Assembly (NCBI GenBank): GCA_944320495.1
Contig: CALUHR010000008.1
Span: 32,001 to 96,000, forward strand
DNA length: 64,000 bases
From: Candidatus Methanomethylophilaceae archaeon
Lineage (GTDB): Archaea; Thermoplasmatota; Thermoplasmata; Methanomassiliicoccales; Methanomethylophilaceae
Direction of reading: 5' to 3'
The translations under genes and the position numbers were made by a program. The notes beneath the pieces were generated by a model that was given only the letters and a program-made list of their open reading frames with translations, was not told the DNA's origin and did no database searches. Of the stretch, positions 21,039-31,212 are shown one piece after another. Numbering within the stretch: the first letter of the stretch is position 1; each line of letters starts with the position of its first letter.

Positions 21039-21671
21039 TCGTTCGCTTGGCGGCATGATGAAGTGCGTCCAGAGGTGGGGCTCATAGACGGGCTTCTCGG
21101 TTCCCGCCATCCTTCCGGCGTTGATGCACTTCAGGAGCCACGCCATGTTCTGGGCGAGCGTGCGCATGGTCTGCAGCCCCTCCTCGTCCCTGCGGACGTC
21201 TTCGGGGGTGAAGCCATGGACCTGGTTCCAGTATTGTGATGGGACCAGCGGCATGTTGCAGATCGTGAAGTACTTGTTCAGGCGGTCGAAGGCCGCGGAA
21301 GCCCCGCCCCTGCGGCAGGACACGACAGATGCTCCGAGCTTGCCGGCCATCCTCGCCGCATTGGAATAGAAGAACCTGTCCGCGAATGCGCAGACCTGAC
21401 CAGACGGGCCAGCGTAGTACACAGGCGAGCCCAGAACGATTGCGTCGAACTCGTCCAGCCTCTCCGCCAGGACGTTGACGTCGTCCTTGATCGAGCACCT
21501 GCCCTTCTTGGCGCAGTATCCGCAGTCCCTGCATCCAGCGGTGTCGTTCTTGATGTGATAAATCTCCGACTCGACGCCCTCCTTGGTGAGTGTTTCCGCA
21601 ATCTCCTTCAGGGCGGTGTAGGTGCAGCCGTGCTCCTTGGGGCTGCCGTTGATAAGTAGAACCTTTGCCAT
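21039..21671 (-). CDS. NADPH-dependent FMN reductase/flavodoxin-family protein; ends at CGA
   Basis: LLINGSP, CRDCGYC, GSPVYY, SCRRGG, SQYWN. CGA at 21041-21039 gives 210 aa and is followed by a hairpin. Confidence 0.88.
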
Positions 21672-21767
21672 AGTATCGCTCCGATTGGGCCGAATGGCCA
21701 TACTGCGTCCCCAAATCGAGGACTGATAAGAACCCGCCATCCGAAGACAGCGAGGTCTGGTTTGTTA

Positions 21768-22313
21768 TCAAATGGATGCTCCCAGCTTCCTGGCCTCGTC
21801 CAGGTCACCGTGACCCTTGATGTCCCCTACGGCCATGACGCCGCCGCAAAGTACCTTCCCCAGGCTCTTCCAGCCCAGGTGGCGTATGAGGTTGTCATAG
21901 TAGTTCACGACCTCGTCGAAGCCGTCGCCCTCGGCCGCCATGAGAAGGACGCATTCCTTCACCGGGTTCCTGTAGTCCGGGTTGCACTCCGCCACCGCGA
22001 ACAGACGGTCGAACGCCGTCCTGAGCTGACCGCTGAGGTTCCAGTAGTACAACGGGGATGCCAGGACGACGACGTCCGTGGCCTTGTAGGCCGGATAGAT
22101 GTCGTCCATCCCGTCCCTCTGGATGCACGGGTGGTCCGGGTCCTTCCCGCCGCAGAAGCATCCGCGACAGCCGTGGATGTCCATCCCCTGGAGGAAGAAC
22201 GTCTCGACGGTGTTGCCTGCGCCCTCCGCGCCTTCGGTGAACGCCGTGATGAGCTCGGATGTGTTGCCGTTCCTCCTGGGGCTCCCGTTGAGAACAACGA
22301 TCTTCTTTGCCAT
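21768..22313 (-). CDS. NADPH-dependent FMN reductase/flavodoxin-family protein
   Basis: VVLNGSPRRNGNT, CRGCFC, LASPLYYWN. Confidence 0.9.
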   Translation of the reverse strand: MAKKIVVLNGSPRRNGNTSELITAFTEGAEGAGNTVETFFLQGMDIHGCRGCFCGGKDPDHPCIQRDGMDDIYPAYKATDVVVLASPLYYWNLSGQLRTAFDRLFAVAECNPDYRNPVKECVLLMAAEGDGFDEVVNYYDNLIRHLGWKSLGKVLCGGVMAVGDIKGHGDLDEARKLGASI

Positions 22314-22316
22314 GTG

Positions 22317-22703
22317 TCACCCCTTCTTGATCGTGTCCGAGTTCTGGTTGTAGACCTTGGCTACGCACTTCCACTCGCCGTCTATCTTGATCATCATCAG
22401 GAAATCGCTGAAGTCGATGCGTCCTCCCCAGTTGTCCTCCAGGACGCGGACGATTGCCACGGTCTCCTCGATACAGAGGACGTCTATCCTGGCCTTGTAC
22501 CCGGGGTCCGCGCCGACGGTGTCGATGTTGTCATACAGGTTCTGGATGGGGCCGTGCTCGAGTCTCCCGTCTAGGAACCCGAACATGACGGCCTCGGGGT
22601 AGAAGAGCTCCTTGGCGGGCGTGCTATTGCCCGAGCCGACGCTCTCGACGAACTTCTCTGCCGCTCTCTCCACCGCATAGTACTCGCTCATGTCAGATCT
22701 CAT
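22317..22703 (-). CDS. NTF2-like/lumazine-binding-family protein
   Basis: FYPEAVMFG, IDVL..AIVRV, DFLMMIKIDGEWKCVAK. Confidence 0.8.
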   Translation of the reverse strand: MRSDMSEYYAVERAAEKFVESVGSGNSTPAKELFYPEAVMFGFLDGRLEHGPIQNLYDNIDTVGADPGYKARIDVLCIEETVAIVRVLEDNWGGRIDFSDFLMMIKIDGEWKCVAKVYNQNSDTIKKG

Positions 22704-22893
22704 TGCCGATCCCCTCAGCGACATGGTCGCTTTAGACAGACCATCTCTGGAAAGGATATAAGTCGCGCACTTTCGCGCACATCAGTCACTCACCTGCGCT
22801 CCAGTCACTTACCCGGGGTGAAGCTTGGGCCATGCTTCATAAATTGAAGTGTGAGGGTTTTTTGAATCACGGTCGCATTATGTCGGACGGCGA

Positions 22894-23244
22894 GTGCCAA
22901 TGGTCCAGTGCAGCATTCTCGAGGCCGACATAGATACGACGGGGTTCAGCTACACCCTGTCCCTGATCAATGGGAAGTACAAGATGTTCATCCTGTACGC
23001 CCTGATGGAGTTCGGCACCGTCCGCTTCAACGAGATGAAGGGGTACATCAGGGGAATCTCCTTCAAGACGCTCAGCTCGAACCTCAAGGAGCTGGAGCAG
23101 GACGGCCTGGTGCACAGGGAGGAGTACCCGCAGGTGCCCCCGAAGGTCGAGTATTCCCTCACCGAGACCGGCAAGTCGCTCATCCCGATCCTCGACTCCA
23201 TGTGTGAGTGGGGGGACGTCCATCGCGGAGACCGTCCGAGATGA
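22894..23244 (+). CDS. HxlR-family winged-helix regulator
   Basis: [44 protein letters not shown]; divergent from the redox genes. Confidence 0.92.
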   Translation: MPMVQCSILEADIDTTGFSYTLSLINGKYKMFILYALMEFGTVRFNEMKGYIRGISFKTLSSNLKELEQDGLVHREEYPQVPPKVEYSLTETGKSLIPILDSMCEWGDVHRGDRPR

Positions 23245-23330
23245 TGACCGTCTGTAATGAGCATCATATTATCTAACACATTGTTCCTTATCCGCCCCAT
23301 GGCCGAACTAGCGGCCCCGAGGGGAATCCA

Positions 23331-23840
23331 TTGTCGAAGGAACTTATCGCATTCTACTCAAGGGCCGACGAGAACTACTTCGCCGGTTCCTACAGATACG
23401 TGGACGTCGGGAACACCGAGATTGTCGCCGGAATGCTCCAGGAGCTCACCGGGGCCGACATTTTCAAGATTGAGCAGGCGAAGCCCTACTCCAAGGACTA
23501 CAACACCTGCATCGAGGAGGCCAAGGAGCACCAGAGGAGGGACGCGCACCCCGAGCTGAAGTCCTGCCCGAAGAGCATCGACGGGTACGACACGATCTAC
23601 CTAGGCTACCCGAACTACTGGGGGACGATGCCCATGGCCGTCTTCACCTTCCTCGAGAGGTACGACTTCACAGGCAAGACCATCCGACCCTTCTGCACTA
23701 ACGAGGGCAGCGGTCTCGGCAGTAGCGTCTCCGACATCAGTAGCCTCTGCCCCGGGGCCAACATCGAGAAAGGCCTGGCCATCACAGGCGGACAGGCCAG
23801 GGGTTCCCGCCCCTCCCTCGAGCGCTGGCTCAAAGGATGA
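23331..23840 (+). CDS. Flavodoxin
   Basis: FYSRADENY..GNT, YLGYPNYWGTMP, PFCTNEGSG; TTG start. Confidence 0.9.
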   Translation: MSKELIAFYSRADENYFAGSYRYVDVGNTEIVAGMLQELTGADIFKIEQAKPYSKDYNTCIEEAKEHQRRDAHPELKSCPKSIDGYDTIYLGYPNYWGTMPMAVFTFLERYDFTGKTIRPFCTNEGSGLGSSVSDISSLCPGANIEKGLAITGGQARGSRPSLERWLKG

Positions 23841-23847
23841 CCCCCGA

Positions 23848-23880
23848 CGGTGGGGGCCGCTCCCATCCCGGCCCCCACCG
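23848..23880 (+). terminator. 12-bp perfect GC hairpin after flavodoxin
   Basis: CGGTGGGGGCCG / CGGCCCCCACCG. Confidence 0.5.
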
Positions 23881-23937
23881 ACCCCGCGGACAAGTCCCAG
23901 ACACGCTGCGTTCAGACGCGTAGTATAATAACAACAC

Positions 23938-23944
23938 TTTTATA
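23938..23944 (+). promoter_or_regulatory. Candidate TATA box of the thermosome gene
   Basis: TTTTATA about 45 nt upstream of ATG 23988 in an AT-rich spacer. Confidence 0.4.
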
Positions 23945-23987
23945 GAAGAACTAAATTGTCGTAATCAAACATACAGGTGATAATACC

Positions 23988-25604
23988 ATGTACGGTTCTG
24001 GAAACCAGCCCGTCATCGTGCTCAAAGAGGGCACGGAGAGGAGCAAAGACAAAGAGGCTCAGTTCAACAACATCAGCGCCGCCAAGGCCGTTGCCGACGC
24101 TGTCAGGTCCACCCTGGGACCCAAGGGAATGGACAAGATGCTGGTCAACACCATCGGCGATGTCGTCATCACCAACGACGGTGTGACCATCCTGAAGGAG
24201 ATCGACGTCCAGCACCCCGCCGCCAAGATGGTCGTCGAGGTCGCCAAGACCCAGGACGCCGAGTGCGGAGACGGGACCACCACCAGCGTCGTCCTCGCCG
24301 GGGAGCTCCTCAAGCAGTCCGAGACCCTCATCGACGCCAACGTCCACCCCACCGTCATCACCAATGGTTTCAAGATGGCCGCCGACAAGGCCGTCGAGAT
24401 CCTCAACGAGATCGCCATCGACGCGAAATCCGACGAGGTCCTGAAGAACGTCGCCTCCACCGCCCTGGTCGGCAAGTCCGTCGGCGATGAGGAGGAGGCC
24501 CTGGCCGAGATCGTCGTCAAGGCCTGCAAGTCCGTCGAGGAGGACGGAAAGGTCGACACCAAGAACATCCGCATCCAGAAGAAGGTCGGCGGAGTCATCG
24601 GCGACACCTACCTCGTGCAGGGAGTCGTCATCGACAAGGAGAAGGTCCACTCCAGGATGCCCTCCCACGTCGAGGACGCCAAGATCGCCCTGTTCTCCTG
24701 CCCCCTTGAGGTCAAGAAGACCGAGTTCGACGCCCAGATCCAGATCACCGACCCCACCATGATGTCCTCCTTCCTCGACGAGGAGGAGAAGTCCATGAAG
24801 GCCATGGTCGAGAAGATCAAGGAGGTCGGAGCGAACGTCGTCTTCTGCCAGAAGGGAGTCGACGAGCTCGTCCAGCACTACCTCTCCAAGGCCGGCATCC
24901 TCGCCTACAGGAGGCTCAAGGAGTCCGACCTCGAGGCCATCGCCAAGGCCACCGGCGCCAACATCGTCGGCAACGTCATGGAGATGACCAAGGAGGACCT
25001 CGGAACCGCCGGAGCGGTCGACGAGAAGCAGGTCGGAGAGGACGGCATGGCCTTCATCACCGGCTGCAAGAACCCCAAGGCGATCACCATCTTCGTCCGC
25101 GGCGGAACCGAGCACGTCCTGGAGGAGGTCGAGAGGGCCCTCAACGACTCCATCCGCGTCGTCGGTGTCGCCATCGAGGACGGAAAGGTCGTCGCCGGTG
25201 CCGGAGCCCCCGAGATCGAGCTCGAGCTCAGGCTGGACGACTACGCCGCATCCGTCGGAGGACGCGAGCAGCTCGCCATCGAGAAGTTCGCCAAGGCCAT
25301 GGAGATCATCCCCTGGACCCTCGCCGAGAACGCAGGTATCGACCCTATCGACAGCATCATCAAGCTGAAGAACGCCCACGAGAAGAAGGAGAACGGCGCC
25401 GTCTACGCCGGTCTCGACCTCGACAGCGGCGACGCCGTCGACATGAAGGCCAGGAACGTCCTCGAGCCCCTCAGGGTCAAGGTCCAGGCCATCAACTCCG
25501 CCCAGGAGGTCGCCAACATGATCCTCAGGATCGACGACGTCATCGCGTCCCGCAGGGCCCCTCCGGCGCCTCCGCAGGGAGCCGGCGGAATGCCCGGAAT
25601 GTGA
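23988..25604 (+). CDS. ths: Thermosome (group II chaperonin) subunit
   Basis: [31 protein letters not shown] and C-terminal GAGGMPGM. Confidence 0.98.
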   Translation: MYGSGNQPVIVLKEGTERSKDKEAQFNNISAAKAVADAVRSTLGPKGMDKMLVNTIGDVVITNDGVTILKEIDVQHPAAKMVVEVAKTQDAECGDGTTTSVVLAGELLKQSETLIDANVHPTVITNGFKMAADKAVEILNEIAIDAKSDEVLKNVASTALVGKSVGDEEEALAEIVVKACKSVEEDGKVDTKNIRIQKKVGGVIGDTYLVQGVVIDKEKVHSRMPSHVEDAKIALFSCPLEVKKTEFDAQIQITDPTMMSSFLDEEEKSMKAMVEKIKEVGANVVFCQKGVDELVQHYLSKAGILAYRRLKESDLEAIAKATGANIVGNVMEMTKEDLGTAGAVDEKQVGEDGMAFITGCKNPKAITIFVRGGTEHVLEEVERALNDSIRVVGVAIEDGKVVAGAGAPEIELELRLDDYAASVGGREQLAIEKFAKAMEIIPWTLAENAGIDPIDSIIKLKNAHEKKENGAVYAGLDLDSGDAVDMKARNVLEPLRVKVQAINSAQEVANMILRIDDVIASRRAPPAPPQGAGGMPGM

Positions 25605-25626
25605 TTCCGTAAAAACGCCCACATCC

Positions 25627-25654
25627 GGGGGCGGGGGTCTTGCCCCCTCGCCCC
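25627..25654 (+). terminator. GC hairpin followed by a pyrimidine tract after the thermosome gene
   Basis: GGGGGCGGGGG tcttg CCCCCTCGCCCC then CCTTCCTTCATTTT. Confidence 0.45.
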
Positions 25655-25696
25655 AAACCTTCCTTCATTTTATACAGAGAATGAGATGCGTTCCCC

Positions 25697-26014
25697 ATGA
25701 GAGGCGCCATCAATGCCGATCCGGACCAGGCCGTCAGGGGCTACCGCTCCCTCAGGCTCCTTTCCGTCGTCCTGGTCGTGTGCGCTATCTTGGGACACGT
25801 CCTGGGCCACGGATGGCTCACACTCGTCTGCGCCATATTCGCGGCCGTTCTGCTCGCCTTCGAGGCCCACATCTCCCTGAAGGTCTACAAGAACCCCCCG
25901 CACCTCGATGATGACAGCCCCACGGCGACCATCCGCTACGCGTCCCCGGAACACAGCAGGCTCGTCAACGATCTCATCTACTTCGAGACCGTCGAGGAGA
26001 GGGACCGCGAATGA
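25697..26014 (+). CDS. Small membrane hypothetical protein
   Basis: 105 aa, two hydrophobic helices, coding-like codon usage. Confidence 0.6.
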   Translation: MRGAINADPDQAVRGYRSLRLLSVVLVVCAILGHVLGHGWLTLVCAIFAAVLLAFEAHISLKVYKNPPHLDDDSPTATIRYASPEHSRLVNDLIYFETVEERDRE

Positions 26015-26129
26015 GGAGGCCCTGCCCTTCCGTACGCAACGGTTTTCACAACGGTCCACGATTATTGAGACGATAGGATTCCCGCGGCACGGGCATTGTC
26101 GAGGGGATCCGGACCGAGGGGGTTAGGAC

Positions 26130-27233
26130 ATGGCCGACATGGAGTACAGGAGACTGCCTCACGGCGGGGAGGAGATCAGCGTAATCGGATTCGGGACGGG
26201 GTTCAACGAGTTCCCAGGCCACGAGGCGATGGTGCGGACCATACGCTTCGCGCTCGACTCCGGCATCAACCTGCTCGATCTCACGCCATGGGATGCCAGG
26301 GTGCTGGGGGCCTTCGGCGAGGCCCTGAGGGGGAGGCGCGAGGACGCATACCTCCAGATCCACTTCGGGTCCGACTACCCCTCCGGAACCTACGAGAGGA
26401 TCCACGGGCTTGACAGGGTCAGGAAGGCCGTGGAGCGGCAGATGGCCCAGGTTGGCACCGACTACATCGACTTCGGATTCATACACTGCCTCGACGATCC
26501 GCAGGTCTTTGAGGACGAGTTCTCCAACGGCACCATCGACTATCTCCTGAAGCTCAGGGATGAGGGTATCGTGCGCCATGTGGCGCTGTCCACCCACACC
26601 CCCTCCATCGCCAACAGGGTCCTCGACGAGGGATTCCTGGACCTCCTGATGTTCAGCATCAACCCCGCCTATGACTACCAGCATGGGCAGTACGCCTTCG
26701 GCGGGACCGACGAGAGGGCGGAGCTCTACACCCGCTGCATGACCGATGGCGTTGGGATATCGGTCATGAAGCCGTTCAGCAAGGGGCAGCTGCTGGATCC
26801 ATCCCTGTCGCCTTTCGGGAAGGGTCTCACCGTCAACCAGTGCCTGCAGTACGCCCTAGACAAGCCCGGCGTGGTGTCGGTTCTGCCCGGCATCAAGGGG
26901 ATGGACGACCTCCGCGGTGTGCTGTCGTTCCTGGACTCCACACCGGAGGAGAGGGACTACTCCGTGGTGAGGACGTTCTCCCCGCCGGACGTGTCCGGGA
27001 GATGCGTCTACTGCAACCACTGCCAGCCCTGTCCTCGGGGCATCAACGTCGGACTGGTCAACAAGTACTACGACCTCGTCCTCGCAGGCGACGCACTGGC
27101 CGCCGACCACTACATGAACCTCTCGCTCAAGGCGGGTGACTGCGTCGGATGCGGCCACTGCAACGATGTCTGTCCGTTCCATGTGGACCAGGTCAGGAGG
27201 ATGGCGGAGATCCGGGACCGCTTCGGGCAGTGA
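26130..27233 (+). CDS. Aldo/keto reductase with C-terminal 4Fe-4S domain
   Basis: DYIDFGFIH, LSTH, VMKPF, CVYCNHCQPCP and CVGCGHCNDVCP. Confidence 0.92.
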   Translation: MADMEYRRLPHGGEEISVIGFGTGFNEFPGHEAMVRTIRFALDSGINLLDLTPWDARVLGAFGEALRGRREDAYLQIHFGSDYPSGTYERIHGLDRVRKAVERQMAQVGTDYIDFGFIHCLDDPQVFEDEFSNGTIDYLLKLRDEGIVRHVALSTHTPSIANRVLDEGFLDLLMFSINPAYDYQHGQYAFGGTDERAELYTRCMTDGVGISVMKPFSKGQLLDPSLSPFGKGLTVNQCLQYALDKPGVVSVLPGIKGMDDLRGVLSFLDSTPEERDYSVVRTFSPPDVSGRCVYCNHCQPCPRGINVGLVNKYYDLVLAGDALAADHYMNLSLKAGDCVGCGHCNDVCPFHVDQVRRMAEIRDRFGQ

Positions 27234-27309
27234 CCCCTGGGACCCGAACACGGGCCCTCGACAATCCTTTATAACGGCGGAGCCGATGCGTCTGCGGGAT
27301 GGATGCACA

Positions 27310-28083
27310 ATGCGCGCAGCGCTATACGCCAGGGTCTCGACGGACGACCAGGCGGTCGAGGGTTTCTCGCTCGACGCCCAGGTCAAGCGCCTCGAGGCCT
27401 ATTGCAGGGTCCGCGGCTGGGAGGTCGGCGGGATCTACAGGGACGAGGGGTTCTCCGGCAGGAACACCAAGCGTCCGGAGTACGAGAGGATGATGCGCGA
27501 GTCCGACTCGTGGGACGTCCTCCTCGTTCTGAAGATGGACCGTATCCACAGGAACAGCGTCAACTTCGCCCGCATGATGGACGACCTGCGCGACATGGGC
27601 AAGGAGTTCAACTCGGTCCAGGAGAAGTTCGACACCACCACCGCCATGGGACGGTTCGTCATGGACATCATGCAGAGGATCGCCCAGCTGGAGAGCGAGC
27701 AGATCGGCGAGAGGACGTTCATGGGCATGGAGTTCAAGGCCCGCAACGGCACCGGAAACCTCGGCTCCGGCCACCCGTACGGATACGTGTACACCGAGCA
27801 CGGCCTGGAGGTCGTGAAGGATGAGGCGCATACGGTGCGCGCGATCTACAACATGTACGTAAGGGGCTCCACCATGGAGGACATCGCCGGATTCCTCAAC
27901 AGCGCCGAGATCCCCGCCAAGAAGGGCGGCAAGTGGAACAGGCAGTCCGTCTGCAACATCCTCCACAACCCGCTCTACGTGGGATACTCGGAGTGGAACG
28001 GCATCCTGCGCAAGGGCGAGCAGCAGCCCATCGTCGAGATGGCGGTCTTCGAGAAGGTCAACGGGCCGTTGGAGATCCAGCGA
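27310..28083 (+). CDS. Serine recombinase 1 (resolvase + recombinase domain); ends at CGA
   Basis: ALYARVSTDDQ, DEGFSG, KMDRIHRN, HNPLYVG. CGA at 28081-28083 overlaps the next ATG (CGATG). Confidence 0.9.
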
Positions 28084-28940
28084 TGCGTGCGGCCATATAC
28101 GTGAGGGTCTCCACCGAGGAGCAGGCCGCCGAGGGGTACTCCATCGAGGCCCAGAAGGAGCTACTCCAGGACTACTGCATCGTCGAGGGGTGGGAGGTCG
28201 CCGGCGTCTACGAGGACGACGGATTCTCCGGAAGGAACGACAAGCGTCCCGCCTACCGCAAGATGATGTCGGAGATGGACCTTTGGGATGTGGTCGTCGT
28301 CATCAAGATGGACCGTATCCACAGGAACAGCCGCAACTTCATGTCCATGATGGACACGCTCACCAAGCATGGGAAGATGTTCGTGTCCTCGTCCGAAGCA
28401 TTGGATACGACCAACGCCCTCGGGAGGTTCGTGGTCGACATGATACAGAGGCTCGCCCAGCTGGAGAGCGAGCAGATCGGCGAGAGGACGTACATGGGCA
28501 TGCGCGAGAAGGCCGAGACCCTCGAGGCCGTCCAATCCGGTAAGAGGACCATGGGCTTCACGCCGCCGTTCGGCTACCGTCTTGAGGACGGGGCACTCGT
28601 CGAGGACGAGGGGGAGCTCCCGATCGTCAGGCGCATGTTCGCCGAATATGCCGAGGGCAGGCCCATGGATGCGATATGCTTCGGCCTCAACCGCGACGGG
28701 ATACTCACCCGCAGGGGCAATCCCTGGAACAAGCGCAACCTCGCCAACATCCTCCACAACCCCGTCTACGCCGGGTACATGAGATGGGAGGACATCCTCA
28801 TCCGCCACGATGCGGAGACGGTCCTCTCGCCGGAGCAGTTCAACGGCGTGCAGGAGCGCATCGCCTCCAGGATCAGGGACCCCTCCAAGAGGGGCGTGAA
28901 TCTCCTTCCAACAGAGTCAGATTATGCGACGGGGATGCGA
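28083..28940 (+). CDS. Serine recombinase 2; ends at CGA
   Basis: AIYVRVSTEEQ, DDGFSG, KMDRIHRN, PFGY, HNPVYAG. First CGA at 28938-28940, upstream of the TAG the track uses. Confidence 0.88.
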
Positions 28941-29156
28941 ACCGGACGAGCCGGTTAGTTAACGGAGAACGTTCGGTGCAAATATCCCATATTATAAATA
29001 ATGTATCCGAAAAAGTCCATTTGTTGACGTCTCAATCTCCATTGTCTGGCACATGCCTCTGGATGTCTATGCCTGTACGCATGCGCCACATATGGTATTA
29101 AATAGTGATTACGTCGAATCATTCCCCGGGTCCTAGACCCAATAGGAGGAAAACAA

Positions 29157-29681
29157 ATGACTGACGAATGCAAAACCATCGACCCGACGGCCTTCGGCCT
29201 GTTCTTCGTGGCCGTTGTGTCCCTTCCACTCGCCCTGGCCGGATTCTTCGGCTACATGGGCAACGAGTGGAACGCGACCATCATGGCTGGCGTCGGATCT
29301 CTGCTGATGGTAAACGGATTCTTCATTCTTCTCGCAGCGCTGTACGCCTACAAAGCCGGCAGCAACTTCGGATTCGTCGTATTCGGCCTCGTCTCCATGG
29401 GAGTGTTCTATGCCGGATACGGAGGGGGAGACCTCTGGATCAACGTCACCTTCGGAATCATATTCCTGATCTGTCTGATCTGGTCCTACCGCGCAAAGAC
29501 GCTGAAGACCCTGACGTTCATCCTGCTGACCACCGCCCTTGTGTTCATCGCCAACGGCTGTGTTATCGAGACCGGTGCCGAGTGGTCCTGGCTGTTCCTC
29601 GGAATCGCCGCCATCCTCAACTTCATCCTCACTCTGTACCTGGCTTTCGCGCTCGCCGACGAGCACATCCGCTGTGTCTGA
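29157..29681 (+). CDS. AceTr/SatP (GPR1/FUN34/YaaH)-like membrane transporter
   Basis: IDPTAFGLF N-terminal motif resembling the NPAPLGL signature; about six TM helices. Confidence 0.6.
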   Translation: MTDECKTIDPTAFGLFFVAVVSLPLALAGFFGYMGNEWNATIMAGVGSLLMVNGFFILLAALYAYKAGSNFGFVVFGLVSMGVFYAGYGGGDLWINVTFGIIFLICLIWSYRAKTLKTLTFILLTTALVFIANGCVIETGAEWSWLFLGIAAILNFILTLYLAFALADEHIRCV

Positions 29682-29755
29682 TCGGAGGACCTCAAACCCC
29701 TTACCGGCCTCTGGCCGGGACATCTTTATTTAAGCGTTCTCAATCACCGACCCTC

Positions 29756-29851
29756 ATGAAGAAGGAAATGAAGATCAAGATCGGTGCCTACTTCATGGTC
29801 ATCATCATGGTCGTCGTCGTTGTAACGGCAGCCGCCTCCGCCCTGATCTGA
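29756..29851 (+). CDS. 31-aa single-TM small protein
   Basis: MKKEMKIKIGAYFMVIIMVVVVVTAAASALI; TATA-like TTTATTTAAG upstream; TGATG coupling to the SDR gene. Below the track cutoff. Confidence 0.55.
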   Translation: MKKEMKIKIGAYFMVIIMVVVVVTAAASALI

Positions 29852-30603
29852 TGATCGCCGTCGTCACCGGGGCATCGTCGGGCATCGGGGCCGAGTTCTG
29901 CAGGGCCCTGGACGGGGAGGGGCTGGATTCCATCTGGATCATCGCCAGGAGAGCCGACAGGCTGGAGGCCCTGGCATCCGAGCTCTCCACCCCCTGCGTC
30001 GTAATCCACGCGGATCTCACCGACAGGAAGCAGCTGTCCGAGCTCGTCGGACGCATAGGATCCTCCGGCGAGAGGGTCGACTACCTGGTGAACTGCGCCG
30101 GAGTCGGCAGGTTCGGAGAGACCTGGGAGCTCTCATCGGAGGAGACGCTGTCCATGATCGACCTGAACGTCTCCGCCCTCACGGAGATGTGCCGCGGATG
30201 CATCCCCCGCATGGAATCCGGATCCCGCATCATCAACGTCTGCTCCGCATCCGCGTATCTTCCGCTGGAGCGCCTCAACGTGTATTCCGCCACCAAGGCG
30301 TACGTGCGCGCGTTCTGCAACGCCCTCGGAAGGGAGCTAAAGACCAGAGGCATCACGGTATTGGAGGTCTCCCCTGGATGGGTGGAGACAGATTTCATCC
30401 CGCTCTCCAGGTCCACAGGCGACGTTCCCGAGACTGTCTTCAAGCACACCGTTAAGGCTCGCGACGTCGCCGTGAGGGCCATCGCCGACGCCAAGCACGG
30501 GAGGAAGCGCTCGATATGCGGCGCGTACAACAGGCTCCAGGTCTTCGTGTGCACCCACATGCCTCGCATGGCATCATACGTCTGGGGAAGGTCCCTGCTG
30601 TGA
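29851..30603 (+). CDS. Short-chain dehydrogenase/reductase
   Basis: TGASSGIG, NCAG, catalytic YSATK. Confidence 0.93.
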   Translation: MIAVVTGASSGIGAEFCRALDGEGLDSIWIIARRADRLEALASELSTPCVVIHADLTDRKQLSELVGRIGSSGERVDYLVNCAGVGRFGETWELSSEETLSMIDLNVSALTEMCRGCIPRMESGSRIINVCSASAYLPLERLNVYSATKAYVRAFCNALGRELKTRGITVLEVSPGWVETDFIPLSRSTGDVPETVFKHTVKARDVAVRAIADAKHGRKRSICGAYNRLQVFVCTHMPRMASYVWGRSLL

Positions 30604-31205
30604 CGACGGTCCTCCGCGAGTTCAGGGAGGGGGACTGCAAACCCATATCCGCGATAATGTGCGACGTCTGGTCCATGGTGAGCTACGGCGCCGATGTCGC
30701 CATGCCCGGGTCGAGGATGTACTGCTGCCAATGCGTCCTCGGGTCGTCGTTCATCCGTGTGGCCGAGGTCGACGGGAGGATCGTCGGATGCGTCGGGGCC
30801 AGATACGGGAACGAGAGGGTCGATGCACCCTGGGCCGAGAGGATGCTGCGGCAAGAGAGGGATTCCTTGGCGAACTCCGAGGACGGGATGCGGATGATCG
30901 CCGAGTTCGAGTCCTACGATTCCATAGACAGGGACCTCGGCATCAGTACCGAGATCGACACCGATGCGGAGCTCACCATACTCATCCTTTCCGAGGGTTG
31001 CAGGGGACTCGGACTGGGCAGGATGATGTTCAACGCCGCCTGCGATTACCTTCGCTCCAAGGGCGCCGGGAGCATGATGCTGTACACCGACACCGACTGC
31101 AACACAGGGTTCTACGATGCCCTCGGCGCAGAGCGCGTGGCAACCTCAGGAATGATGTGCCTGGGGGAGCCGCTCGGAATGTTCCTTTACAGATATCCGC
31201 TGCGA
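30600..31205 (+). CDS. GNAT acetyltransferase; ends at CGA
   Basis: GTG start in a GTGA overlap; GCRGLGLG acetyl-CoA motif, TGFYDALG; ends YRYPL-CGA (31203-31205). Confidence 0.82.
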
Positions 31206-31212
31206 GGAGTCA

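Noticed and set aside
23940-25622. Long antisense ORFs (also 12931-14352, 5260-6372, 44437-45672 and many short track ORFs)
   Set aside because: They are shadow frames of GC-rich genes with strong third-position bias and have no recognisable motifs.
27310-28940. Calling the recombinase pair an integrated mobile element
   Set aside because: No att repeats, replication genes or compositional boundary could be identified around it.
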